From an uncultured Alphaproteobacteria bacterium (GTDB lineage: Bacteria > Pseudomonadota > Alphaproteobacteria > HIMB59 > GCA-002718135): a DNA stretch of 64,000 bases. Both the position numbers and the translations under genes were made by a program. Below, in pieces: positions 48,527-57,599 of this stretch. The stretch spans positions 7,153 through 71,152 of the forward strand of contig CACMRK010000003.1 in the NCBI GenBank assembly GCA_902616075.1, written 5' to 3'. Below the pieces are notes generated by a model. It did no database searches, was not told the DNA's origin, and saw only the letters and a list, made by a program, of their open reading frames with translations. Numbering within the stretch: position 1 is the stretch's first letter; each line of letters starts with the position of its first letter.

Positions 48527-49129
48527 ATGAATAAACCAAATCTTTTTTTTCCTACTCCTGTTTGGGCATTACAATTAGACAACTACAAAGAAATAAATGA
48601 ACAAATGTATACTTTTATAAAAAAAACACAGAACAATGACCAAATTGGAATTAATAAAAGCAATATCAAAGGTTGGCACTCAAAGGATTTTGATCTTCAA
48701 GATACTGTAACAAAAAATTTTATAGAGTTTATATCCCCAGCAATTGAAGGGGTGATTACTGATATGAATTGGGAGAAAGAAAAACAAAAAATTAATATAA
48801 ATAATATGTGGGCTATAATTAATACTGGTGGTTCAAAAAATATAAGACATCAACATGGAAACAGTACAATTAGTGGAGCATATTATGTTAGAGCACCTGA
48901 AAACTCAGGTGATATAGTTTTTTATGATCCAAGACCAGCACCTGTATATTCATACCCAAAAGCTGTTAATCCAAATATCCTTAATGCTCAAGTTAATGGA
49001 ATTAGTCCTAAAGAAGGGGCTTTAGTATTATTTCCAAGCTATCTTGATCATTCAGTCAATGAAAATCTTTCAAATGATGAAAGAATTGTTGTCAGTTTTA
49101 ACATTACTATTCAAATTAGATCAAATTAA
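48527..49129 (+). CDS. TIGR02466-like putative 2OG/Fe(II) oxygenase-superfamily protein
   Basis: PTPVW start, GWHS, HQHGNSTISGAYYV, GDIVFYDPRP, LFPSYLDHSV and ERIVVSFN follow the family pattern. Confidence 0.6.
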   Translation: MNKPNLFFPTPVWALQLDNYKEINEQMYTFIKKTQNNDQIGINKSNIKGWHSKDFDLQDTVTKNFIEFISPAIEGVITDMNWEKEKQKININNMWAIINTGGSKNIRHQHGNSTISGAYYVRAPENSGDIVFYDPRPAPVYSYPKAVNPNILNAQVNGISPKEGALVLFPSYLDHSVNENLSNDERIVVSFNITIQIRSN

Positions 49130-49136
49130 AATTTTT

Positions 49137-49898
49137 TTATTTTATATTTTTTGAAATGAATTCCCAAGCTTCTCCAGATTCTATTTCTCTGATAGTCCAT
49201 TGTCCATATGCAAGATTATTAAATATATTATAATTAATAATCGGGTTTTCAATATTTTCAATTTTCCCAATATTTTTTAACGTTTTGTCTGTAAAAAATG
49301 AAGGTACTCCATTTAACATTGCCATAAAACCAGCTGTAGATTGTAAACTAACAAAGGCCCAGGCATTTTTTAATAAAAATTTTAAAGGCTCTTTAGAAAA
49401 TTTGTTATGAACAATAATCTTTCTATCAGAATATTTTTTGACTAGTTTTATTGTATCATCAGTCCACTTAGGAACATCATATAATTTCTTCATATTATCT
49501 GATGGCTCAGAAAGAATAATATAATCTCCTAAATTTTTTTGCTCTAATATTTTGAGATTAAGTTTTTTAAATCTATCATCTGGGAAGTTACCACTGCCGT
49601 TATGAATAAAATTATTATATACAATCCTAAAATAACCATCCATATTAATTACTTGAGTACGATTATCTTGAAAGGCTCTTTTAGACTGGTTAAAATAACC
49701 ATGATCCATATAGTGAAAATTTTTAACATTTTTTAAAATTTCAATAGTACCTCTAAGAATACCATATGTTGCAACTGTTTTATTATATTCTTTAAAATTA
49801 TTTACATGACACAAAAGTGAGTTAGAGCCTTTGGCAAAATGATAGCATAAAGTTTTATTCATTATATGATCGGTATAAATAACTATTGGTTTTTCCAT
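49137..49898 (-). CDS. hypothetical protein (possibly capsule/GT-B-like)
   Basis: 253-aa ORF with no recognisable catalytic motif. The C-terminal SLQSTAGFMAMLNGVPSF loosely resembles the nucleotide-sugar-binding end of GT-B/KpsS-type enzymes. Confidence 0.3.
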   Translation of the reverse strand: MEKPIVIYTDHIMNKTLCYHFAKGSNSLLCHVNNFKEYNKTVATYGILRGTIEILKNVKNFHYMDHGYFNQSKRAFQDNRTQVINMDGYFRIVYNNFIHNGSGNFPDDRFKKLNLKILEQKNLGDYIILSEPSDNMKKLYDVPKWTDDTIKLVKKYSDRKIIVHNKFSKEPLKFLLKNAWAFVSLQSTAGFMAMLNGVPSFFTDKTLKNIGKIENIENPIINYNIFNNLAYGQWTIREIESGEAWEFISKNIK

Positions 49899-49976
49899 TA
49901 ATTAAGCTACTTAAATAATTAGTTATTTATAAATATAATCATTTCTGGTAATTATTACAGTTATAATACAAGATAA

Positions 49977-50738
49977 ATGTATAGTGTTCTTCAAAATAAA
50001 AAAAATATAAATTTTAAATTTGAAAAATTTCCTTATTTAATTATTGATAATGCGCTTCCAAACGACCTATACCAAGCTTTAAGCCTTAGCTTTCCAAAAT
50101 ATGAAAAAATTATTGGAGATAATGAATATAAAGAAAATTATGCATATAGATATAATGCTTATAATTCACTTAGAGATAATGAAATTACAAACGAGTGGAA
50201 AGATTTTATAAAATTTCATACAAGTTATGATTTTTTAGAAGAGTTTTACGATATATTTGGTGAATCCATAAAGAAAATTTATAAAGTTGAAAAAGAAAAA
50301 TTGTTCAAGAAAGATAATATTGGTGTCAGGTTTGAAAACAAAAATTATTTTAATTTAGATTGCCAGTTTGTAATAAACACTCCTACAAGTGGTGAAACTT
50401 CAGTTATTGAACCACATTTAGATAATCCAGTTGAGTTCTACGCTGCACTTCTATACATGAAAGAAGATGATGATAATTCAAAAGGTGGAAATTTGACAAC
50501 ATACTCTTTTAAAAATGAGCCAAGCTTTTACGGCAAATCAAGAGTTAGGGAGGAAAAAGTAAATTTAATTGAAGAAATAGAATATAAACCAAATAGATTA
50601 GTAATGTTTTTAAATTCACCATACTCGATTCATGGAGTTACAAAAAGAAGTAAGACAAATTTCTATAGAAAATATATTAATATAATTGGAGAATTTAATT
50701 TTGAATTATTTAATTATAGAAACTTTTTAGAAAAATAA
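49977..50738 (+). CDS. 2OG-Fe(II) oxygenase-like protein (prolyl-4-hydroxylase-type HxD...H)
   Basis: PHLDNP (HxD), GGNL, and RLVMFLNSPYSIHGVTKR (distal His plus Arg) occur in the expected order. Confidence 0.5.
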   Translation: MYSVLQNKKNINFKFEKFPYLIIDNALPNDLYQALSLSFPKYEKIIGDNEYKENYAYRYNAYNSLRDNEITNEWKDFIKFHTSYDFLEEFYDIFGESIKKIYKVEKEKLFKKDNIGVRFENKNYFNLDCQFVINTPTSGETSVIEPHLDNPVEFYAALLYMKEDDDNSKGGNLTTYSFKNEPSFYGKSRVREEKVNLIEEIEYKPNRLVMFLNSPYSIHGVTKRSKTNFYRKYINIIGEFNFELFNYRNFLEK

Positions 50739-51587
50739 TTATTTGTTCCGTTTTATATTATCAGCAATTTGATTAGCTGCTCCGGCACTACCTATTTCTT
50801 GAGAATTATAATCTGTTTTAAAATTAGAAACATCATTTAAGTATTTCCCTTGAAGTGGAATTTTAAATACACTATCAGATAATTTTTTAGTTGCTACAAC
50901 TAACAAAATATTTTTGCCTATTTTATCCTTTGCAATTTCAATCATTTTCTCAAATTTTGAATTTCCTCTATTAGGTTTTATTTGCTCAAATAGTATTTCA
51001 AAATTTTCACTAGTCAGTTTTAATTCAGCTCCATTTCTATTTGCTAATGATATTTTAATAATCTTGTAACCATTTGAGGCAGCTAAATCAGCAAAAAAAA
51101 TTGGGTTAAAATTATAAAAACCATGGTTTATCCAGTCAATAAATGGCAGTATATTTAACATTATCCCATTAACTAATGTTAAATTGTGAAAGTTTAAAAA
51201 TAATGAGTATTGATTAAAAACATGCTCACCAGTACCATTATTTATAACAAGATCATACTTTTGATCAAAATTGTAGTGTTCAAAAATGTTTTTGTTTAAA
51301 TCAAATTGGAAACTTTCATAAGCTCCATTTATATCAATTGATTTGTATTCGTTAAATCCAATTGAGTTAAAATAATCTTTTGTAGTAAAGTTTTTTTTAT
51401 TTGATAGTTTTTTTAAAGCTTTCTTTTGAAGATCATCTAATGGTTTATTTTGATCAATTAAATTTTTTATAAATATACTATCTATTGATGCAGTTTGAGA
51501 ACCCAGATCAATAGCTTTTGGCTTATCCTTTGCGATCATATTTTTACATTCAAGAACATTTAAAGCTGCTACTGGATTAAAGGTCAT
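50739..51587 (-). CDS. class I SAM-dependent methyltransferase-like protein
   Basis: A motif I-like AIDLGSQTAS and YDLVINNGTGEHVF are present. This is weak evidence. Confidence 0.45.
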   Translation of the reverse strand: MTFNPVAALNVLECKNMIAKDKPKAIDLGSQTASIDSIFIKNLIDQNKPLDDLQKKALKKLSNKKNFTTKDYFNSIGFNEYKSIDINGAYESFQFDLNKNIFEHYNFDQKYDLVINNGTGEHVFNQYSLFLNFHNLTLVNGIMLNILPFIDWINHGFYNFNPIFFADLAASNGYKIIKISLANRNGAELKLTSENFEILFEQIKPNRGNSKFEKMIEIAKDKIGKNILLVVATKKLSDSVFKIPLQGKYLNDVSNFKTDYNSQEIGSAGAANQIADNIKRNK

Positions 51588-51661
51588 ATTAATTAAGTTT
51601 TGTATTGTTTAATAATTACCTTTATATCTATAATAAATTTGTCAAATATTGGTAAATAAAG

Positions 51662-52237
51662 ATGAGCAATTATTCAGATTATTATTATGAGGTGATTGAA
51701 AAGTACAAATTTTTTCATGAAAACGGTGTAAAAGGGCAACCTGGTTTTAGTACTTTTTTAGGATATTCATTATCAAAATGGATACCTAATATAAAAGAGA
51801 TTATAGAGATTAACAGTTGTACTTCTCTACTTGATTATGGCTGTGGAAAAGGGTTTTTTTATAAAAATAAGTTTAAGATAAATGATAAAGAATTTCGTAA
51901 TTTATCAGATTTTTGGAAAATAAATGAGATATATTTATATGATCCAGGTGTAGCAGAATTTTCACTACATCCAAAGAAAAAATACGATGCTGTTATTTGT
52001 ACTGATGTTATAGAACATATTCCTGAAGATGACGTATTAAACTTTATTGATAATCTTTTTAAATTAGCAAATAAATTTATATTTGTTGTAATCGCTACAA
52101 TACCAGCTTCTAAGCACTTTGATGATGGTAATAATATACATTTATGTTTAAAAAAACAAAGTGTTTGGAAAGATATTTTTTTAAACTTTAAAGATAAATA
52201 TCCTAAAATTGAGCAGCATGTCTATTTTAATGATTGA
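51662..52237 (+). CDS. class I SAM-dependent methyltransferase
   Basis: LLDYGCGKGFF (motif I) and YDAVICTDVIEHIPEDDV. Confidence 0.7.
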   Translation: MSNYSDYYYEVIEKYKFFHENGVKGQPGFSTFLGYSLSKWIPNIKEIIEINSCTSLLDYGCGKGFFYKNKFKINDKEFRNLSDFWKINEIYLYDPGVAEFSLHPKKKYDAVICTDVIEHIPEDDVLNFIDNLFKLANKFIFVVIATIPASKHFDDGNNIHLCLKKQSVWKDIFLNFKDKYPKIEQHVYFND

Positions 52238-52254
52238 TATTTTTAGTTAAGAAA

Positions 52255-52938
52255 TTAAAACTTTTTCCATTTATTAAAATTAGGCATGAGATGTTCAAAA
52301 CCTTTACTTTCTTTTAACATTATAGAAATATCTCCAGATATTGATATGCGAGGTAGTCCAGATTTGTTCGGCATTGTTGCATGTGGGGTTTTTGATGGAA
52401 AAATAATTATTGAATCTTGATCTAGATCAAACATAGATTTGTCAGAGTTAAATGCATTTGCTTTATTAATAAGAGATTTTTCTAATTTGCTACTAGTAAA
52501 AATATTTTTAGCTATCTCATTTTGTAATTCATTAGATCGAAAAATAATTCCACCAGATCCCTTAGGTTTTAAAAGATAGTATGCGAAACTTATATTTGAT
52601 TGAGAATGAGTGTGATAATTTATACTCTGTTCATTTTCTGTAAAAGTAGCCCAAGATCTTTGATAATATATATCTAAAAGAGAGGTATTTATTTCTAAGG
52701 TTTTTAAATAATCAACAATTACTTTAGAAATTTTTTTTGATAAATCGCTAAACAGTTTATTTGAGAATAGAAATTCATAACCTTTAGTATCTCCTGTCCA
52801 AGCATTAGAGTTTTGTTGCTGCTCGTTATCTTGTTGTTTCATTTTTTTTATTTCATTAACTAATTGTTCTCTTTCATTTTCTTGAATTAAAATTTTTTCT
52901 TTAACAATTGTTAACGGAAAGAGATTGATTATTTGCAT
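52255..52938 (-). CDS. TIGR02466-like putative 2OG/Fe(II) oxygenase-superfamily protein, second copy
   Basis: NYHTHSQSNISFAYYL, GGIIFRS, IIFPSKTPHAT and PRISISGDI follow the same motif order as 48527-49129. Confidence 0.55.
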   Translation of the reverse strand: MQIINLFPLTIVKEKILIQENEREQLVNEIKKMKQQDNEQQQNSNAWTGDTKGYEFLFSNKLFSDLSKKISKVIVDYLKTLEINTSLLDIYYQRSWATFTENEQSINYHTHSQSNISFAYYLLKPKGSGGIIFRSNELQNEIAKNIFTSSKLEKSLINKANAFNSDKSMFDLDQDSIIIFPSKTPHATMPNKSGLPRISISGDISIMLKESKGFEHLMPNFNKWKKF

Positions 52939-53169
52939 TAAATTATATTATCATTATTTTAATGATTTGTTATTATTTTTTGACTATAATAAAAAACATA
53001 TATTAATTAAATTTATATAATTATTATTTTATCTTTTAAAATAAGATCATAAAGTTTTAGTAAACTTAATTTCCATGAGTTTTTATAAGCGCTAATAAAA
53101 TATTAATAAATTTTTATAATATTGTGATATTAGAAAAGTCTAAAAAAATAATATTTATTAATATCAATA

Positions 53170-54927
53170 ATGTGTGGAGTATTTGGAATAACTGAAAATA
53201 ATAAAAGTCTGGTAAAAAAAATGATTAACAGATGTGCCCACAGAGGACCTGATGGTAATTCTATTTGGTCAAACGAATATCTTACACTTGGTCATAATCT
53301 TTTAGCAATTACATCGAAACCTGAAGATGGGGTTCAACCTCATACCACTAATAATGGAAACATAATTACTTATAATGGTGAAATCTTTAATTATAATCAA
53401 TTGGTAAATAAATTTAAGGATAAATTTATACCTAAATCTACATGTGATACTGAGCTACTTGGGTGGTTATTAGATAATTTTCGTTATGAAGAGGTAATAT
53501 GTAACCTTATTGATTCTATGCATGCTTTTGTTTTTTTTAATAAAAATAAAAATGAAATAGTTTTATCAAGAGATCATGCAGGAATAAAACCTTTGTATTT
53601 TGCTGAAGTTAAGAATGGTATTGTTTTTTCATCTGAGATTAAAGGTCTTATAGATATATTGCCTAATTCTAGAAAAATAGACAGGCTCGGATTAGCCTGT
53701 ACATGTCTACTTGGAGCAAATGTTTTAAGACAAACATTATTTAAAGGTATATTTAAAATCCTTCCTGGTGAAACTATAGTTTATGATCTTTTATATAAAA
53801 AAATAAAATCAACTTTTAGAAACTTAATTAAACCTAATTCGAATAAAAATTTTAATGTGGAGGAATTTTATAATGAATCATTATTAACCGTTAATAACTC
53901 TACATTAGGTCTTAGAAATTTTGGGATATTTTTATCTGGAGGTCTGGATTCATCAGTAATAGCCAATAATTTAAAAATTAAACTGAAAACTTTGAATTCA
54001 TTTACAACAATAATGGAACCAAATATAGAGGATGGTGAAAATTATAATAGTGATGCTGAAATTGCAAAAAAATTTGCAAAAGAAATTAATCTTAAACATA
54101 ATGAAATAAAAATAACTCCAAGAACCTTTGTCGAAAACTGGAGTGACTCAATTAAATATATAGAGGAGCCTCGATATAATTGGTGTTTACCGATGTACTT
54201 TTTTACAAACAATATTTTATCTAAAAATAATACAGTGGTTACTATGTCAGGAGATATAGGTGATGAAATTTTTGGTGGTTACAATAAATATTTAAAAATG
54301 TATCACCTCAAACAAAAACCTAAAAGTTGGAGTGATTTTATTAAAATGTGGATGGTAAAATTTAGAGCCCCAATATTGCTTAATATGAAATTTAATTATG
54401 ATGATTTACACTCAATACTAATTAAGACATTGCCTGAGGAAATATGGAATCCAGAGGATATTTCGAACTCTGCTATGGCTCTTGATTGTATAACTACAGT
54501 TTCTGAGGATTTTTTCTCAAGAAATGACAGGTATGGTATGGCATATTCTATGGAAGGCAGATTTCCATTTGCATCAAAAAAATTTATGCAATATTGCTTA
54601 GATATAAAATCTTCATATAAATTTGGATTAAATTATGACGAAACAAAGTATATTTTAAAAAAAACTTATCAGAATAAACTTCCTCAATATATATTAAATA
54701 AACCCAAAACTGGATGGTCAGCTCCAATAATTCATTGGTTAAAAACTGACAAGTATCTAAGAAATAAATTTTTAAATGATATAAATAAGGAAGATGGTAT
54801 TAAAAATGCTATTCTTGAAGATAATTTTTCTGAAAATCCAGAACTTGGCCTATTAATTTCTGGTAAAAGAAAAATCGTATCCTGGATGTTAAGATCTTGG
54901 GCACAAGAATTTGATATGTATTTATAG
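53170..54927 (+). CDS. asparagine synthase (glutamine-hydrolysing)-like amidotransferase
   Basis: MCGVFGI provides the N-terminal nucleophile Cys2 and FLSGGLDSS is the PP-loop. The protein is 585 aa. Confidence 0.85.
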   Translation: MCGVFGITENNKSLVKKMINRCAHRGPDGNSIWSNEYLTLGHNLLAITSKPEDGVQPHTTNNGNIITYNGEIFNYNQLVNKFKDKFIPKSTCDTELLGWLLDNFRYEEVICNLIDSMHAFVFFNKNKNEIVLSRDHAGIKPLYFAEVKNGIVFSSEIKGLIDILPNSRKIDRLGLACTCLLGANVLRQTLFKGIFKILPGETIVYDLLYKKIKSTFRNLIKPNSNKNFNVEEFYNESLLTVNNSTLGLRNFGIFLSGGLDSSVIANNLKIKLKTLNSFTTIMEPNIEDGENYNSDAEIAKKFAKEINLKHNEIKITPRTFVENWSDSIKYIEEPRYNWCLPMYFFTNNILSKNNTVVTMSGDIGDEIFGGYNKYLKMYHLKQKPKSWSDFIKMWMVKFRAPILLNMKFNYDDLHSILIKTLPEEIWNPEDISNSAMALDCITTVSEDFFSRNDRYGMAYSMEGRFPFASKKFMQYCLDIKSSYKFGLNYDETKYILKKTYQNKLPQYILNKPKTGWSAPIIHWLKTDKYLRNKFLNDINKEDGIKNAILEDNFSENPELGLLISGKRKIVSWMLRSWAQEFDMYL

Positions 54928-54951
54928 TTTAAAATAAATATCTAAGTTTTT

Positions 54952-55656
54952 TTAGTTACACATAAGATTGAAATATTCACCAATTCTTTTCTTTGATATG
55001 GATCCTTTAAAAGTAATAAAAGGAATTTTATTTTTTATTAAAAAATTAAACTCCGCATCAGGATCATCGTTCTTACTTACGATATGCATATATTCATTCT
55101 GTTTGAAGAAATTAAATTTTGATTTATTATCTAAATAATAAATATGTAATGATATTTGATCACCATACCACCTATGGAATCTAGAGGGTAATTTTAAACA
55201 AATATTATAAACATTCTTAAAGAAGTTTTTTTCTTGATTAATAATTATTGCTCCAAATAAGAAGGGCATAAGATCCATAAAATATTTATTTTTGAATTCA
55301 GGATAGTGTTCTGGATGATTATGATTAATCATATCGTTTTTAATACGTTTCATTATATGATATCCCTTTTTAAATTTTGAAAAATCAAAAGTATTTATCA
55401 TTAAGGTGTCGGCGTCACAAAATATTGTTTTTGAGTTAAATGTTTCAACCAATGAATAAGCTTTAAGTCTTGCCGTCATTATATCTCTTGGCAACTCAGT
55501 TCGTAAGCATTTATCTACTCCTTTAATTTCTTCTGTTTTAAAATCAGTAACTTGGATTATTTTAAATTTTTTTTCTGAAGTCAGTATAATTGAGTTTACA
55601 AAATAATTAGGTATAGATAAATTTTCACCAACCCAAAAAAAAACTATTTGATCCAT
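54952..55656 (-). CDS. putative glycosyltransferase (GT32/Caps_synth-like, DxD)
   Basis: IVFFWVGENLSIP at the N-terminus, TARLKAYSL and FCDADTLMI (DxD) are present. This is weak evidence. Confidence 0.35.
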   Translation of the reverse strand: MDQIVFFWVGENLSIPNYFVNSIILTSEKKFKIIQVTDFKTEEIKGVDKCLRTELPRDIMTARLKAYSLVETFNSKTIFCDADTLMINTFDFSKFKKGYHIMKRIKNDMINHNHPEHYPEFKNKYFMDLMPFLFGAIIINQEKNFFKNVYNICLKLPSRFHRWYGDQISLHIYYLDNKSKFNFFKQNEYMHIVSKNDDPDAEFNFLIKNKIPFITFKGSISKKRIGEYFNLMCN

Positions 55657-56483
55657 GTTTCACTTACTGATGCAAGACAATTCGAGCCCTCGGGTCTAAG
55701 TAAATTAGTTTGAAATTTATCTATCTTCTCAATCTTTTTATTAATTTCATCTAAAAAATAAAAGTTATATTTGTATTTTTTTAATAAATTAATACACATA
55801 TCAAATGACTGTTCATTTATTTCAAATATAATATCAGGTTTGTCTCTGTTAATAATTTTTTCTGAACCTTCAATTGCTTGAAATTCATGACCTTCTGTGT
55901 CAATTTTAATACCTTTAACCTCTGAACTTAAATTAAAATCATCAATTTTTATTTTAGATACGCTATATTTACCATTTTCAGATATTTTACCTCCTGAACT
56001 ATGATATCCTTGATGTGATTTCACTTTAAATTTAGCTATACCATTTTCATTAGAGGCTGCAGCTAAATAACAATTATTATTTGTTATTTTGTTTATTTTT
56101 AAGTTGGTTAATAATCTTGAATAATTGAGAAAAAATGGCTCAATAGAAATAATTTTATTTTTGTCGCAATTCAAGTTACCAACTATAGAGTAGATACCAG
56201 TGTGTGAACCTATATCAAAAAAAATTCCGTCTCTTCTTGTAATTTTATACCAAAAATTAAGTGAGAGTTCTTCATAAAAATTTCTCCATAAATACTTAAG
56301 AACTACAGCATCATCATTTGAAATATTTAGCATAAAGAATGAATAATTATTAAAATAAAGCTCACATATTCCATTTACAGATGGAAGTTTGAATAATTCT
56401 GAAAGTTTTGAAAATGAAAAGTCTTTTTCTTTTTTTAATTTTTCTATTTCATTTATTTTTTTTTTAAAATCTAAAATATGCAT
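55644..56483 (-). CDS. FkbM-family methyltransferase
   Basis: FFDIGSHTGIYS and IKIDTEGHEFQAIEGS are the FkbM (Methyltransf_21) signature blocks. The 3' end overlaps the start of the downstream gene by 13 nt. Confidence 0.75.
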   Translation of the reverse strand: MHILDFKKKINEIEKLKKEKDFSFSKLSELFKLPSVNGICELYFNNYSFFMLNISNDDAVVLKYLWRNFYEELSLNFWYKITRRDGIFFDIGSHTGIYSIVGNLNCDKNKIISIEPFFLNYSRLLTNLKINKITNNNCYLAAASNENGIAKFKVKSHQGYHSSGGKISENGKYSVSKIKIDDFNLSSEVKGIKIDTEGHEFQAIEGSEKIINRDKPDIIFEINEQSFDMCINLLKKYKYNFYFLDEINKKIEKIDKFQTNLLRPEGSNCLASVSETWIK

Positions 56484-56651
56484 AATATTTATAATATAAA
56501 ACTATAATTAATAAATGTTTAACGTTTTTTTTAAATTAATCTGAGATCGAAGATTTGTTAATAAAGTAGCTTAAAAACTTAATATCAACATTACTACAAC
56601 TTCCATTCACAAATGATATTAAGTAAATTAAAAATAATTTATCTAAATAGA

Positions 56652-56726
56652 TGGAGCGGGCGAAGGGATTCGAACCCTCGACTTCAACCTTGGCAAGGTT
56701 GCGCTCTACCCCTGAGCTACGCCCGC
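56652..56726 (-). tRNA. tRNA-Gly (anticodon GCC), CCA encoded
   Basis: The reverse complement folds as a cloverleaf: GCGGGCG-TA-GCTC-AGGGGTA-GAGC-G-CAACC-TTGCCAA-GGTTG-AAGTC-GAGGG-TTCGAAT-CCCTT-CGCCCGC-TCCA. Confidence 0.92.
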
Positions 56727-56780
56727 TTAAATTACACAATAACCATTTTGAATTTATAAGTCAATATTTGAGAAATTGGT

Positions 56781-57599
56781 TTATTTAAATCTTCTTCTGT
56801 AAACAACATCTACAAGCAGCATATGGGGAAGAGTTAATGCAGCAAGCCCAATAAAAATTACTTTTAATAGTGACTCATATAAAGATAAATTTTGAATCAA
56901 ATAGTAAACAATTCCTAAACCACCAACCCACGAAACTATTGTAAATAATAATGTTGTGTAAATAACAAATTTTTTATTTGTTAAATTTAAATAAATATTT
57001 TTAATCAAATGTTTTAGATGCTTGTAAGTATGGAAAAAACAAAAATAAATTGCAAAGCTTAGAAGTGGATCAGAAAAATAAAAAATACATAAAAGAAATA
57101 AAATTTCAATAACTCCTTTTCTTAACTTCTTTTCAAAAAAAGATAGATAAATGAAATAAATTATTGATAATAAAGTTGCAAAATATGGAATGAAAAAATA
57201 TCTTTGAAACATATATATTTTATCACTAGTAAGGTATTCAAAAATCACAAAAGATTGATTTTCATTAAAAAATATAATGCCAAAGATAATTGTCATCCCA
57301 TAAGTAAAAGCCACTGAATACTTGAAATTATCTATTTTAAAGTTTGTCCAATCACACAAGCCAAAATGAACGACGGTCATAATGATAAATATAGTCAGTG
57401 CAATAATAGGAAAGTGTAACCAAAATAAAATTACTAGGAGAAATAAAGTGATGTAGTAAAAGAGAAATTGTAAAAATTGGATTTTAGTACTGAATCCTAC
57501 CAATGAGGCAATTGCACCATCAAAAGATCCATGAGGAAGCCCAATAAAAAAAATAAGTAAGAAAGAAATTAAATTTAAAACTGTAAGATCAAAAATCAT
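56781..57599 (-). CDS. blh: Brp/Blh-family beta-carotene 15,15'-dioxygenase (retinal synthesis)
   Basis: Polytopic membrane protein with an N-terminal GLPHGSFDG motif and further conserved His residues (VVHFG, FFHTYKHLKH, LPHM). Confidence 0.8.
   Translation of the reverse strand: MIFDLTVLNLISFLLIFFIGLPHGSFDGAIASLVGFSTKIQFLQFLFYYITLFLLVILFWLHFPIIALTIFIIMTVVHFGLCDWTNFKIDNFKYSVAFTYGMTIIFGIIFFNENQSFVIFEYLTSDKIYMFQRYFFIPYFATLLSIIYFIYLSFFEKKLRKGVIEILFLLCIFYFSDPLLSFAIYFCFFHTYKHLKHLIKNIYLNLTNKKFVIYTTLLFTIVSWVGGLGIVYYLIQNLSLYESLLKVIFIGLAALTLPHMLLVDVVYRRRFK

Noticed and set aside
52939-53169. 231-nt divergent spacer inside the island as a possible sRNA or riboswitch locus
   Set aside because: It is uniformly AT-rich with no GC-supported stems or recognisable motif. 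It contains TTGACT/TATAAT-like hexamers (52980-52990), but they overlap each other. It is most simply two divergent promoters, and I cannot support more from sequence alone.
48309-56651. Island as a classical tRNA-integrated mobile element (genomic island or prophage remnant)
   Set aside because: There is no integrase, excisionase, transposase or phage gene. By eye I could not find a direct repeat of the tRNA-Gly 3' end (TGGAGCGGGCGAAGGGATTCGAACC) in the 48309-48526 boundary spacer. The interval is more consistent with a recombination-exchanged hypervariable region.
56536-56739. 67-aa minus-strand ORF from the ORF track
   Set aside because: It runs straight through the tRNA-Gly(GCC) gene (56652-56726). 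It has no start context and its sequence is low in complexity, so it is almost certainly spurious.
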